A stretch of DNA of 64,000 nucleotides from Peptostreptococcaceae bacterium (GTDB lineage: Bacteria; Bacillota; Clostridia; Peptostreptococcales; Acidaminobacteraceae). The DNA lies in contig JAMOQG010000044.1 of the NCBI GenBank assembly GCA_027064135.1, forward strand, positions 16,274-80,273, in the 5' to 3' direction. A model generated the notes under the pieces. That model saw nothing but the letters and a program-made list of their open reading frames with translations. It was not told the origin of the DNA and did not search any database. This document shows positions 19,773-29,646 of the stretch, piece after piece (position 1 is the first letter of the stretch; each line of letters starts with the position of its first letter). The translations under genes were made by a program, and so were the position numbers.

Positions 19773-21188
19773 ATGAAAAATGATGATAATACTGGACAAA
19801 ACGATGTAGATAATATTGATATAGCAGGATATACATTAGATGTAGAAATGTCAAATGACTATTATTCTGCATTTTTGATTGTAGATGTTTTTAATGAAAA
19901 CATTAAAATTTCAGCAAAAGAGATAGAACAAATTATAGAAGAAAAAAATATTGTACATGGAATTGATTATTCAATGATTGAGAAAATTGTTCAAAATCCG
20001 GTGGAAGGTAAATATTTAATTGCGGTCGGGAAGAAACATATTAATGGGAAAAATGCAGAAATTCAGTATAAATTTGATGTAAATACAAAATTGCGGCCGG
20101 AAGAAAATGATGATGGCAGTGTTGATTTTAAAAAAATGAATTTATTAAGAAAAGCAGAAAAAGAAGATGTTTTAGCAATTAAAATACCGATTGTTGAAGG
20201 CGAAAATGGTGTAACTGTTACAGGTAAAGATATCTATGCGAAAAAAGGAAAAGATATTAATTTTAGAATTGGTAAAGGTGTCATTATATCTGAAGATGGT
20301 TTATCAATACGTGCCGAATATGCTGGAGCAATTTCTTTTGAAAATAATAAAATTAGTATTTCTGAAATTTTGGATTTAAGAAAAGGTGTGGGAGTATCAA
20401 CTGGGAACATTAATTTTCATGGCAAAGTAGTAATTGATGGGATAGTTGAAACCGGTTTTGAGGTAAAAGCTACTGATGATATTATTATTAATGGTATTGT
20501 TGAAGGAGCAACTCTGATTTCTGGCGGAAGTATAGAAATTTCAAAAGGTGTTCAAGGAAATGATAATGCTATAATAAAATGTGAAAAGGATTTTAAAGCT
20601 AGATTTGTAAATGGAACAAATTTAACTGTTGGAGGAGACATTAATGTTGATATTGTTATGCATTCAACAGTAGCTTGTAATGGAAAACTTACGGCTAATG
20701 GTAAAAATGGCACGGTTGTAGGTGGTGAATTTACCGTTAAAAAAGGGATTAGCGCAAAAATTGTTGGTTCAGAAATGGGAACTCAAACTATTTTAAAAAT
20801 CGGAATTGATAATGAATTGCTAACTAATTATAAAAACGCGGGCGAAGATTCAAAGAAATACTCAAATGAATTTAGAGAACTTGAAAAAGATGAAAAACAA
20901 TTGAAGAAAAAAATTGAAGATGGAAACAGAAATCAATTAGTTATGGTAAAATACAAAAAAATACTTGAGAGAATGAAAGAAATAAAACCGTTATTAGATA
21001 AAGCAACAGCTGATGTAAAAGAGATAAGATCTCAATTTGAATCTTTAAAAGGTTCAAACTTAGAGGCAGATTTGGTATATCCAGGCACTAAAATTAATAT
21101 TACAAATTCATTTTTTAATGTTAAAGATAAGATAGAGAGAGTTATGTTTACGAAGCAGGATGGGGACATAAAAATTATTGGAAGGTGA
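19773..21188 (+). CDS. DUF342/FapA-family (flagellar assembly protein A-like) protein
   Basis: 471 aa. Central beta-helix-like repeats (TGNINFHGKVVIDG.VETGFEVKATDDIIINGIVEGA.LISGGSIEISKG..G) and a C-terminal coiled coil, as in DUF342 proteins. Confidence 0.7.
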   Translation: MKNDDNTGQNDVDNIDIAGYTLDVEMSNDYYSAFLIVDVFNENIKISAKEIEQIIEEKNIVHGIDYSMIEKIVQNPVEGKYLIAVGKKHINGKNAEIQYKFDVNTKLRPEENDDGSVDFKKMNLLRKAEKEDVLAIKIPIVEGENGVTVTGKDIYAKKGKDINFRIGKGVIISEDGLSIRAEYAGAISFENNKISISEILDLRKGVGVSTGNINFHGKVVIDGIVETGFEVKATDDIIINGIVEGATLISGGSIEISKGVQGNDNAIIKCEKDFKARFVNGTNLTVGGDINVDIVMHSTVACNGKLTANGKNGTVVGGEFTVKKGISAKIVGSEMGTQTILKIGIDNELLTNYKNAGEDSKKYSNEFRELEKDEKQLKKKIEDGNRNQLVMVKYKKILERMKEIKPLLDKATADVKEIRSQFESLKGSNLEADLVYPGTKINITNSFFNVKDKIERVMFTKQDGDIKIIGR

Positions 21189-21198
21189 TCTGTTAACT

Positions 21199-21519
21199 AT
21201 GTCTATTAGACCGATTGATATGCAGACAATGTTACCTAAGTTACAATCTCTTAAATTTGCAAAGGAATTAGTAATAAATAAACATGATAATGATATGAAT
21301 GATCTTAATAAAGAAATGAAAGAATCATCTATTAAAAATGCAAATAAGGTACTAAATGCTGAAAGAAAAGAAGCGGATAAACTTAAAAATGATACTTCTA
21401 ACAAAAATAAGAGACATAAGAAAGAAAAAAAGCATGATAAAAATAGTAGAGAAAAAAGTAATAACGAAAAGAAAAAAATAAGTAGAACTGAAGGAAATAG
21501 ATTTGATATGAAAGTGTAG
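21199..21519 (+). CDS. hypothetical Lys-rich small protein (fla/che tail gene)
   Basis: 106 aa from the ATG at 21199, with GGAAGGTGA SD overlapping the DUF342 stop. N-terminus MSIRPIDMQTMLPKLQSL, then a highly basic low-complexity tail. No family recognised. Confidence 0.4.
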   Translation: MSIRPIDMQTMLPKLQSLKFAKELVINKHDNDMNDLNKEMKESSIKNANKVLNAERKEADKLKNDTSNKNKRHKKEKKHDKNSREKSNNEKKKISRTEGNRFDMKV

Positions 21520-21526
21520 GTTTAAA

Positions 21527-22006
21527 GTGTTTATACTGAGCATTGTAATTGGGTTTATAATAGTTGTAGTTGCACTTGTTTTAATAAGAAATGAATTTAC
21601 AAAATCACTTGATTTGAGACTCTCTAAATTAGGTGATTTTTCTGATGTAGAAAAGAGAAAAATAGTTGAAGTTTTAGAAGAACTTGAAGATGAAATAAAT
21701 AATTTAAATAAAGCTTTTTATGAGATTATAAACGATTTAGAAGGAAAATATAGTATTCATGAGAAACAGCTTGAAACGATTGAAAAAAAAATAAAACGAA
21801 TATCACCTATTAAAAAGGAAGTAGAAAGTAGGTATGAAAATAAAATTAATGTAGATACAAATATTCTTAATGATGAAATATCAATAAAGAATAAAATAAT
21901 AAAAATGAGAGCTCAAAATATGTCGATCAATGAAATAGCTAAAGAGCTTAAGATAGGCGTTGGTGAACTCAAATTATTATTAAATATTAATAAAAATTCT
22001 AATTGA
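21527..22006 (+). CDS. SwrB-like single-pass membrane protein with C-terminal HTH-like motif
   Basis: 159 aa, GTG start. N-terminal TM, coiled-coil middle, C-terminal MSINEIAKELKIGVGELKLLLNI. Architecture and position as the last fla/che gene resemble B. subtilis SwrB. This rests on architecture only. Confidence 0.45.
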   Translation: MFILSIVIGFIIVVVALVLIRNEFTKSLDLRLSKLGDFSDVEKRKIVEVLEELEDEINNLNKAFYEIINDLEGKYSIHEKQLETIEKKIKRISPIKKEVESRYENKINVDTNILNDEISIKNKIIKMRAQNMSINEIAKELKIGVGELKLLLNINKNSN

Positions 22007-22030
22007 TTTTTATTAAAAATATGTTATAAT
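22003..22030 (+). promoter_or_regulatory. sigma-A-type promoter for rpsB-tsf (TTGATT-16 nt-TGtTATAAT)
   Basis: -35 TTGATT at 22003-22008 and extended -10 TGTTATAAT at 22022-22030. About 115 nt upstream of rpsB. Confidence 0.55.
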
Positions 22031-22149
22031 ACAATAGTGTTAAAAATAATCACTTACGGGTATTTGTTTTTTAGTGCTGATTGATTAGTGTCAATTTGTG
22101 GAAAACAGAGCTAAGGTCGTAAGGCAGAATAACTATGGAGGTGCTTTAA

Positions 22150-22854
22150 ATGGTAGTAGGTATGAGAGAATTATTAGAGGCAGGTGTTCACTTCGGTCAC
22201 AAGACTAGAAGATGGAACCCTAAAATGAAAAAATATATTTTCACAGATAGAAGTGGAATTTATATTATTGATTTACAACAAACAGTAAAATTATTAGATG
22301 ATGCATATGAATTCGTTAAATCAATTGCAGCAGATGGTGGAAAAGTATTATTTGTTGGAACAAAAAAACAAGCTAAAGAAGCTGTAAAAAATAGTGCTGA
22401 GAGATGTGGCGCATTTTATGTTAACCATAGATGGTTAGGTGGAATGTTAACTAATTATAATACAATTTCTAAAAGAATTGATTTACTTGATGAAATCGAT
22501 AAAAAAGAAGAAGATGGAACTTTTGAAATTTTACCTAAAAAAGAAGTTATTGGTTTAAGAAAGCAAAGAGCTAAATTAGATCGTAATCTTGGTGGAATCA
22601 GAGTAATGAATGGTCTTCCAGATGTATTAGTAGTTATTGACGTTAATCAAGAAGTTAATGCAATTTTAGAAGCTAAAAAATTAAATATTCCTGTTGTAGC
22701 ATTAGTAGATACTAACTGTGATCCAGATCTTATTGATTTTGTTATTCCTGGAAATGATGATGCTATAAGAACAATTAAATTAATTTCAGATACAATGGCT
22801 AAAGCAGTAATTGAAGGACGTCAAGGCGTTGATGCTGAGTCAACAGAAAAATAG
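22150..22854 (+). CDS. rpsB: 30S ribosomal protein S2
   Basis: 234 aa. [18 protein letters not shown] signature. Confidence 0.97.
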   Translation: MVVGMRELLEAGVHFGHKTRRWNPKMKKYIFTDRSGIYIIDLQQTVKLLDDAYEFVKSIAADGGKVLFVGTKKQAKEAVKNSAERCGAFYVNHRWLGGMLTNYNTISKRIDLLDEIDKKEEDGTFEILPKKEVIGLRKQRAKLDRNLGGIRVMNGLPDVLVVIDVNQEVNAILEAKKLNIPVVALVDTNCDPDLIDFVIPGNDDAIRTIKLISDTMAKAVIEGRQGVDAESTEK

Positions 22855-22876
22855 TATAATCTAGGAGGAATATAAA

Positions 22877-23515
22877 ATGAGCATTGCAAAACAAATTAAA
22901 GAATTGAGAGAATTAACTTCAGCGGGAATGTTAGATTGTAAAAAAGCAATTGTAGAAGCTGATGGAGATTTAAAAAAAGCTCAAGAAATTTTAAGAGAAA
23001 AAGGATTAGCATCTGCAGCTAAAAAAGCTGGTAGAATTGCTACTGAAGGAATTGTTGTTTCTTATATTCATGGTTCAAGAATCGGAGCGATAGTTGAAAT
23101 AAATAGTGAAACAGATTTTGTTTCTAAAAACGATGGATTTAAAGCATTTGCTAAAGATATAGCTATGCAAGTTGCTGCTGCAAATCCTAAATATGTTTCA
23201 AGAAAAGATGTGCCTGAAGAAGTAGTTACTGCTGAAAAAGAATTCTTAAAAAATCAAGCTTTAGGGGAAGGGAAACCTGCGCATATCGTTGATAAAATGA
23301 TTGAAGGAAGAATTAATAAATACTTTGGTCAAATTTGTTTGTTAGAACAAGCATTTATCAAAGATGGAGATATGACTGTTAATGACTTATTACAAAGTAC
23401 TATTGCTAGAATTGGCGAAAATTTATCAATTAGAAGATTTTCAAGATTTGAGGTTGGCGAAGGTTTAGAGAAAAAAGTAGAAAACTTTGCTGAAGAAGTT
23501 GCAAATCAATTATAA
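22877..23515 (+). CDS. tsf: translation elongation factor Ts (short form)
   Basis: 212 aa. IKELRE.T.AGM.DCKKAL...GDL.KA...LREKG UBA-like N-terminus and EINSETDFV motif. Confidence 0.95.
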   Translation: MSIAKQIKELRELTSAGMLDCKKAIVEADGDLKKAQEILREKGLASAAKKAGRIATEGIVVSYIHGSRIGAIVEINSETDFVSKNDGFKAFAKDIAMQVAAANPKYVSRKDVPEEVVTAEKEFLKNQALGEGKPAHIVDKMIEGRINKYFGQICLLEQAFIKDGDMTVNDLLQSTIARIGENLSIRRFSRFEVGEGLEKKVENFAEEVANQL

Positions 23516-23522
23516 AAAATAG

Positions 23523-23549
23523 AGAGAACACAATGTGTTCTCTTTTTTT
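23523..23549 (+). terminator. rho-independent terminator after tsf
   Basis: 9-bp stem AGAGAACAC/GTGTTCTCT, 3-nt loop, then T6. Confidence 0.75.
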
Positions 23550-23565
23550 GAATGGAGGAGATGTT

Positions 23566-24285
23566 ATGGAAAAAACTAATTATAAACGTGTATTACTAAA
23601 AATTTCAGGTGGCGCATTAGCAAAAGAAATTGGTTTTGGAATTGACAATGAAAAATTAAAAAGCATTTCAGAAGAAATTCTAAAATTAAGAGATAATGAT
23701 GTTGAAGTTGCTATTGTAATAGGTGGAGGAAATTTTTGGAGAGGAAGATCTTCTGAAGAAATGGATAGAGCTACTGCTGATTATATGGGGATGCTTGCCA
23801 CTACAATTAATGCGCTTGCACTTCAAGATTTAATTGAAAATCATGTAAAACTTGAAACAAGAGTTATGAGTGCAATTGAAATGAAAGCAATTGCAGAGCC
23901 TTATATAAAAAGAAGAGCTGTAAGACATCTTGAAAAAGGAAGAATTGTAATTTTTGCAGCTGGAACTGGAAGTCCTTTTTTTACAACTGATACAGCTGCA
24001 GCTTTAAGAGCTGTTGAAATTGATGCAGATGTAATACTTCTTGCTAAAGATATTGATGGTGTTTATGATTCTGATCCAAAAAATAACAAAAATGCTAAAA
24101 AATATGATACAATTAGCTACAGGGATGTAATTAATCAAGAGCTTGGTGTTATGGATACAACTGCTGTAACAATGTGTAAAGAAAATCATATTCCGATTTT
24201 AGTTTTTGATTTAAATATACCTTCTAATATTTCAAAAAGTTGTTTTGGTAGTAACGTAGGAACTGTTATAGAGGAGGAAAAATAA
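23566..24285 (+). CDS. pyrH: UMP kinase
   Basis: [22 protein letters not shown] and DGVYD.DP motifs. The ATG at 23566 has a GGAGGAG SD. The tracked start at 23533 lies inside the tsf terminator hairpin and is rejected. Confidence 0.95.
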   Translation: MEKTNYKRVLLKISGGALAKEIGFGIDNEKLKSISEEILKLRDNDVEVAIVIGGGNFWRGRSSEEMDRATADYMGMLATTINALALQDLIENHVKLETRVMSAIEMKAIAEPYIKRRAVRHLEKGRIVIFAAGTGSPFFTTDTAAALRAVEIDADVILLAKDIDGVYDSDPKNNKNAKKYDTISYRDVINQELGVMDTTAVTMCKENHIPILVFDLNIPSNISKSCFGSNVGTVIEEEK

Positions 24286-24286
24286 T

Positions 24287-24844
24287 ATGAGATTTGAAGT
24301 ACATAAGAAATTAGAAGAAAGAATGGAAAAAACAATACATGTTCTAAAATCAGAATTTGCTTCTGTAAGAACTGGAAAAGCATCAATAAGTGTTCTTGAT
24401 AGTATTTATGTTGATTATTACGGAGCAAGTACTCCTTTAAATCAATTGGCTTCTATATCTTCGCCTGAAGCAAGAACTTTGATGATTAAACCATTTGATA
24501 AATCAGTTTTAGCTGGAATTGAAAAAGCAATATTGACTTCTGATTTAGGAATAAATCCTGGAAATGATGGAGAAAAAATAATTTTAAATTTTCCTATGCT
24601 AACAGAAGAAAGAAGAAAAGATTTTTCTAAAATTGTTAAATCATATAGTGAAGAAGGAAAAGTTGCGCTTAGAAATGAAAGAAGAGATGCAAATGATAAA
24701 CTTAAGAAAATGGAAAAGAATGGTGAAATAACAGAAGATGATTTAAAGTTAAGTTTAGTAACTGTTCAAGAAATCACTGATAAGTTTAATAAAATTGTAG
24801 ATGAATTATGTGATAAAAAAGTTAAAGATATTATGGAAATATAA
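24287..24844 (+). CDS. frr: ribosome recycling factor
   Basis: 185 aa. SVRTGKAS.S.LD.I.V.YYG..TPLNQLA.IS.PEAR.L.I.P.D pattern. Confidence 0.95.
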   Translation: MRFEVHKKLEERMEKTIHVLKSEFASVRTGKASISVLDSIYVDYYGASTPLNQLASISSPEARTLMIKPFDKSVLAGIEKAILTSDLGINPGNDGEKIILNFPMLTEERRKDFSKIVKSYSEEGKVALRNERRDANDKLKKMEKNGEITEDDLKLSLVTVQEITDKFNKIVDELCDKKVKDIMEI

Positions 24845-24846
24845 TA

Positions 24847-24879
24847 AAACCCTCCTATGGAGGGTTTATTTATTTTTTT
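24847..24879 (+). terminator. rho-independent terminator after frr
   Basis: 9-bp stem AAACCCTCC/GGAGGGTTT, loop TAT, then a T-rich tail ATTTATTTTTTT. Confidence 0.8.
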
Positions 24880-24923
24880 AATTGTGATAAAATGTTCTAA
24901 GGGAAATTTAAGGAGCAAAAAAC

Positions 24924-25631
24924 ATGCAAAACAATATTTTACCAAAACATATTGCTATAATAATGGATGGAAATGGAAGATGGGCAAAAAAAAGATTTTT
25001 ACCAAGATTAGTAGGACATAATCAAGGTGTAAAAACATTAAAGGAGATAGTTAGATATAGTTCAGATATTGGGATTGAGTATTTGACAGTATACGCGTTT
25101 TCTACAGAAAATTGGGCAAGGCCTAAAACGGAAGTGAATGGAATAATCAAATTGTTATTTGATGCAATGAAAGAATATATTAATGAATTGATTGAAAATA
25201 ATGTTAAAATGAAAATAATTGGCGATAAGGAAACTATTCCTAAAAATGTTATGGAGTTATTTAATGATTGTGAAAATAAGACTAAGAATAATACAGGGAT
25301 GCAATTTAATATAGCGTTTAATTATGGTTCCAGGCAAGAAATGGTACATTCAGTAAAAGAAATTGCAAAATTGTGTTTGGAAAATAAAATAGATGTTAAT
25401 GAAATAAATGAGAAATTAATTCAAGAAAATTTATATACAAAAGATATGCCAGATCCGGATTTTGTAATTAGAACAAGCGGAGAAATTAGAATTAGTAATT
25501 TTTTATTATGGCAAATATCGTATTCAGAACTTTATTTTACAGAAACTTATTGGCCTGATTTTAAGAAGAGTGAATATAAAAAAGCACTTGAAGAATATCA
25601 GAATAGAAAAAGAAGATATGGAAAGATTTAG
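24924..25631 (+). CDS. uppS: undecaprenyl diphosphate synthase
   Basis: 235 aa. HIAIIMDGNGRWA, AFS.ENW.RP, RTSGE.R.SNFLLWQ..Y.E.YF. Confidence 0.95.
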   Translation: MQNNILPKHIAIIMDGNGRWAKKRFLPRLVGHNQGVKTLKEIVRYSSDIGIEYLTVYAFSTENWARPKTEVNGIIKLLFDAMKEYINELIENNVKMKIIGDKETIPKNVMELFNDCENKTKNNTGMQFNIAFNYGSRQEMVHSVKEIAKLCLENKIDVNEINEKLIQENLYTKDMPDPDFVIRTSGEIRISNFLLWQISYSELYFTETYWPDFKKSEYKKALEEYQNRKRRYGKI

Positions 25632-26430
25632 GAGTGGTATTTTGGCTAAAAGAATATTAACGGTTATGGTTGTACTTCCACTATTTTTATTTTTTACTTT
25701 GAAAGGTGGAATGTATCTTTTTATATTTTCAATATTTGTTTCAATAGTGGGTTTATATGAATTTTATGAAGCTTTAAAAAAATGTAATAAAAAACCAATT
25801 AATTGGTTAGGTTATTTAATGGTCGTAATTTTACTTTTTTCAATATATTATAAAATAGATTCTGCAATTTATTTAAGTATATTTTTTATAGGAACAATTA
25901 CACTTTTAATGATGAATATATTTTCAGAAAAAGATCGAATGATTGATAGTGCATTAACTATTTTAGGTGTTATTTATATTGGAGTTGGTTTTTCTTATTT
26001 GCTTGAATTAAGTAGATTTGATAATAAATTAATAATATTTATTCCGTTTATTATTTCATGGGGAACTGATACATTTGCTTATTTTACTGGAAGATTTTTT
26101 GGAAAGAAAAAATTATATCCAAGAGTAAGCCCTAAAAAAACAATGGAAGGAGCTATAGGAGGAATAATAGGTTCAGTAATTATTAATTATATTTTTGTAT
26201 ATTTATATATAAAAGATATTCTTGCGATTATTATTATAATAAGTTTATTTGGTTCAGTGCTTTCACAATTGGGTGATTTATTGGCATCGAAAATTAAAAG
26301 AACATGTGGTATAAAGGATTTTGGTAAATTGTTACCAGGGCATGGTGGTATTTTAGATAGATTTGATAGCTCAATTGTTACGATACCATTTGTTTATTAT
26401 GTAATTCACATTTTTTTAATGTTTAAGTAG
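25618..26430 (+). CDS. cdsA: phosphatidate cytidylyltransferase
   Basis: C-terminal signature [21 protein letters not shown]. The ATG at 25618 gives a 14-nt overlap with uppS and is preferred over the tracked 25570. Confidence 0.9.
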   Translation: MERFRSGILAKRILTVMVVLPLFLFFTLKGGMYLFIFSIFVSIVGLYEFYEALKKCNKKPINWLGYLMVVILLFSIYYKIDSAIYLSIFFIGTITLLMMNIFSEKDRMIDSALTILGVIYIGVGFSYLLELSRFDNKLIIFIPFIISWGTDTFAYFTGRFFGKKKLYPRVSPKKTMEGAIGGIIGSVIINYIFVYLYIKDILAIIIIISLFGSVLSQLGDLLASKIKRTCGIKDFGKLLPGHGGILDRFDSSIVTIPFVYYVIHIFLMFK

Positions 26431-26438
26431 GAGGAGTT

Positions 26439-27572
26439 ATGAAAAAAATTTCAATACTTGGTTCTACGGGATCAATTGGAACTCAAACGCTTGAAGTTGT
26501 AAAAGAAAATATCAATGAATTTGAGATAGTTGGACTTACATGTAATTCGAATATCGAATTGATTTTAAACCAAATTAAAGAATTCAATCCCAAAATTGTA
26601 TGTGTTATGAATGAAGAAAAAGCAAAAGAATTAAAAGAGTTAATATCATCAAATATAGAAATTGTAACAAATGTAGATGGTCTAGTTAAAGTTGCAACAG
26701 ATCGCGAAAATGATATTGTTGTTACCGCAGTTGTAGGAAGTATTGGGTTAGTACCTACATATGAAGCTATTAAATTAGGGATAGATATTGCGCTTGCAAA
26801 CAAAGAAACTCTTGTCACTGCGGGTGAAATTATTATGAAAGAAGCAAAGAAGTCAGGTAGTAAAATATTACCTGTTGATTCAGAACACAGTGCAATATTT
26901 CAAAGTCTTTTAGGAAATAAACATAAAGAAATTGATAAATTAATTTTAACAGCTTCAGGCGGAGCTTTTTTAAATAAAACAATTGAAGAATTAAAAAATG
27001 TAAAACCAAAAGATGCATTAAAACATCCTAATTGGGAAATGGGTAGAAAAATAACAATTGATTCTGCTACTATGATGAATAAAGGATTAGAAGTTATTGA
27101 AGCTAAGTGGCTTTTTGATATCGATGTTGAAAATATAGATGTAGTTATACATCCGCAAAGTATAATTCATTCAATGGTTCAATATGTAGATAGTTCGGTT
27201 ATTGCACAAATGGGACTTCCTGATATGAAATTGCCAATTGTTTTTGCGCTTAATTATCCATTTAGAAAAATAAATGAATATAAAAGACTTGATTTAACTA
27301 AAATACAGTCTTTAACTTTTTATAAACCTGATTTAGATAAATATAAACCACTTTCATTAGCTTATAGAGCTATAAAAATCGGTGGGACAATGCCTGTTGT
27401 TTTAAATACGGCAAATGAAATATATGTTAATAAATTTTTAAATGATGAGATTGGTTTTTTAGATATTGCAAATTTGGTTGAAGATGCAATGAATAATCAT
27501 AATGTAATTGAAAATCCGTCTTTGGAAGATATTCTTATGTTGGAAAAGATATTAAGGAAAAAATTGAGTTGA
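26439..27572 (+). CDS. dxr: 1-deoxy-D-xylulose-5-phosphate reductoisomerase
   Basis: 377 aa. [52 protein letters not shown]. Confidence 0.95.
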   Translation: MKKISILGSTGSIGTQTLEVVKENINEFEIVGLTCNSNIELILNQIKEFNPKIVCVMNEEKAKELKELISSNIEIVTNVDGLVKVATDRENDIVVTAVVGSIGLVPTYEAIKLGIDIALANKETLVTAGEIIMKEAKKSGSKILPVDSEHSAIFQSLLGNKHKEIDKLILTASGGAFLNKTIEELKNVKPKDALKHPNWEMGRKITIDSATMMNKGLEVIEAKWLFDIDVENIDVVIHPQSIIHSMVQYVDSSVIAQMGLPDMKLPIVFALNYPFRKINEYKRLDLTKIQSLTFYKPDLDKYKPLSLAYRAIKIGGTMPVVLNTANEIYVNKFLNDEIGFLDIANLVEDAMNNHNVIENPSLEDILMLEKILRKKLS

Positions 27573-27583
27573 GGTGAAAATAG

Positions 27584-28582
27584 ATGTTAACTGCAATAAG
27601 TTTTATATTTGTATTTGGATTAATAGTGTTTTTTCATGAATTTGGACATTTTATAATTGCAAGAGCAAATGGAATTACTGTACATGAATTTTCTTTAGGA
27701 ATGGGACCTAAGATTATTACTAAACAAGGTAAAACAACTCTTTATGCATTAAGAGTTTTTCCAATAGGTGGTTATGTAAGAATGGAAGGTGAAGATGAAG
27801 AATCCGATGTAGAAGGAAGTTTTTCAACAAAAAAACCTTTACAACGATTAGCTGTAATTGTTGCAGGACCTTTAATGAATTTTATATTGGCCACTATTCT
27901 TTTTATCATAATTTTTATGTCTATTGGGCTTCCTACAAATGAGATAGGTGGTGTTACTGACAATTCGCCCGCTTACGAAGCTGGTCTTGAAATTGATGAT
28001 GAAATAGTTGAAATAAACAATGTAGAAATTAAATCTTGGAATGATGTAAATTTTAATATTGGAAATGCCGTCGGTGAAGTTGATATTGTAATTGAAAGAG
28101 ATGGCGAATTATTAAATAAAACTATAATTCCTACAAAAGAAGAGGGTACAGGAAGATTAATAATTGGTGTATACTCAAAATTCACTAAAAATCCTATTAA
28201 AGTAGTTTCTTATTCAATTACTCAAGTTGGTTTTTTAACTAAAGAAATATTTAAATTTTTTGCATCTATACCATTTGGAGGACTCTCTGAAGGATCAGTT
28301 GTTGGACCTGTTGGAATAGTAAATATGGTAGGACAGGCAGCTGAAAGAAGCATTTTAGATGTACTTTTTTTAGCAGCATATATTTCTATAAATCTTGGAA
28401 TTGTAAATTTATTGCCAATTCCAGCTCTTGATGGTGGTAGAATAATTTTTATAGTATTTGAAATTTTAAGAGGAAAACCAGTTGACCCTGAGAAAGAAGG
28501 ATTTGTACATTTAGTTGGATTTGTAATATTACTATCACTAATGGTACTATTGGTATTTAAAGATATTAAGGGGTTGTTTTAA
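27584..28582 (+). CDS. rseP: RIP site-2 metalloprotease RseP/RasP
   Basis: 332 aa. HEFGHF zinc motif, central PDZ-like segment, NLLPIPALDGG motif. Confidence 0.9.
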   Translation: MLTAISFIFVFGLIVFFHEFGHFIIARANGITVHEFSLGMGPKIITKQGKTTLYALRVFPIGGYVRMEGEDEESDVEGSFSTKKPLQRLAVIVAGPLMNFILATILFIIIFMSIGLPTNEIGGVTDNSPAYEAGLEIDDEIVEINNVEIKSWNDVNFNIGNAVGEVDIVIERDGELLNKTIIPTKEEGTGRLIIGVYSKFTKNPIKVVSYSITQVGFLTKEIFKFFASIPFGGLSEGSVVGPVGIVNMVGQAAERSILDVLFLAAYISINLGIVNLLPIPALDGGRIIFIVFEILRGKPVDPEKEGFVHLVGFVILLSLMVLLVFKDIKGLF

Positions 28583-29643
28583 TGGATATATTAAATAGAA
28601 GAAAAACTCGACAAGTTAAAGTTGGAAATTTAATTATAGGAAGCGAAAATAGAGTAATAATACAATCTATGACAACTACAAGACCATCAAATATTGAAGA
28701 AACGGTAAAGCAAATTTTAGCGCTTGAAAAAGAAGGTTGTGAACTTGTTAGAGTTACGGTTCCTACGATGGAAGATGCTGAAGCTATTTCTAAAATTAAA
28801 GAATTGATTCATATACCACTTGTTGCAGATATCCATTTTGATTATACACTTGCAATCGAGTCCATCAAAAATGGTATAGATAAATTAAGGTTAAATCCAG
28901 GAAATATTGGAGATAGAAAAAGAGTTGAAGAAGTTGTTAAATATGCAAAAGAATATAATGTACCTATTAGAATAGGTGTTAATTCTGGATCTTTAAGTAA
29001 GGAAATTTTAGAAAAATATGGTAAACCTTGTCCTGAAGCAATAGTTGAAAGTGCAATGGAACATATTTTGATACTTGAAGAACTTGATTTTAAAGATATA
29101 ATAGTTTCGCTTAAAAGTTCTGATGTAATTGAGACAATATTATCATATCAATTACTTGCAAAAAAAGTGGATTATCCATTTCATATCGGTATAACAGAAG
29201 CGGGAACTAAATTCGGTGGTACTATAAAATCTTCAGTTGGAATTGGAAGCCTTTTAGTATTAGGATTTGGAGATACTTTAAGAGTTTCATTAACTGGAGA
29301 TCCTACAGAAGAAATTAGAGTAGCTAAAGGTATTTTAAAATCACTTAAATTAAGAGAAGAAGGGGTTAATGTTATTTCGTGTCCTACATGTGGAAGATGT
29401 AATATAGACCTTGATAAAATAGCAACTGAAGTTGAAAAAAAATTATCTGAAATTGATAAAAATATTACTGTTGCAATAATGGGATGTATTGTAAATGGGC
29501 CAGGCGAAGCAAGAGAAGCAGATATTGGTATTGCAGGTGGAATCAATGAAGCGATACTTTTTAAAAAAGGTAAAATTGTTAGAAAAATAAAAGAAGATAA
29601 AATAATTGATGAGCTTATTGAAGAAATTGAGAGAATGGAGTAG
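28582..29643 (+). CDS. ispG: HMBPP synthase IspG (GcpE)
   Basis: 353 aa. R.T..V.VG...IG, ADIHFD, RINPGNIG and the C-terminal cluster CPTCGR. Confidence 0.95.
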   Translation: MDILNRRKTRQVKVGNLIIGSENRVIIQSMTTTRPSNIEETVKQILALEKEGCELVRVTVPTMEDAEAISKIKELIHIPLVADIHFDYTLAIESIKNGIDKLRLNPGNIGDRKRVEEVVKYAKEYNVPIRIGVNSGSLSKEILEKYGKPCPEAIVESAMEHILILEELDFKDIIVSLKSSDVIETILSYQLLAKKVDYPFHIGITEAGTKFGGTIKSSVGIGSLLVLGFGDTLRVSLTGDPTEEIRVAKGILKSLKLREEGVNVISCPTCGRCNIDLDKIATEVEKKLSEIDKNITVAIMGCIVNGPGEAREADIGIAGGINEAILFKKGKIVRKIKEDKIIDELIEEIERME

Positions 29644-29646
29644 CAT

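Noticed and set aside
21199-21519. The Lys-rich ORF as a histone-like or nucleoid protein, or as a spurious ORF.
   Set aside because: I could decide neither way. Its SD, tight coupling and non-repetitive N-terminus argue that it is real, so it is kept as a low-confidence CDS with no functional claim.
22031-22149. Possible structured r-protein leader upstream of rpsB (CTTACG ... CGTAAG long-range pairing at about 22054/22116).
   Set aside because: Only a 6-bp AT-containing pairing could be drawn by hand. I know of no S2 leader motif I can match by eye, so a covariance-model scan is needed before any claim.
23533-23565. Tracked pyrH start at 23533. Similar long-form starts: 25570 for cdsA, 34034 for rimP, 2524 for motB.
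   Set aside because: 23533 lies inside the tsf terminator hairpin. In each case an internal ATG with a proper SD reproduces the conserved N-terminus, so the extensions are ORF-caller artefacts.
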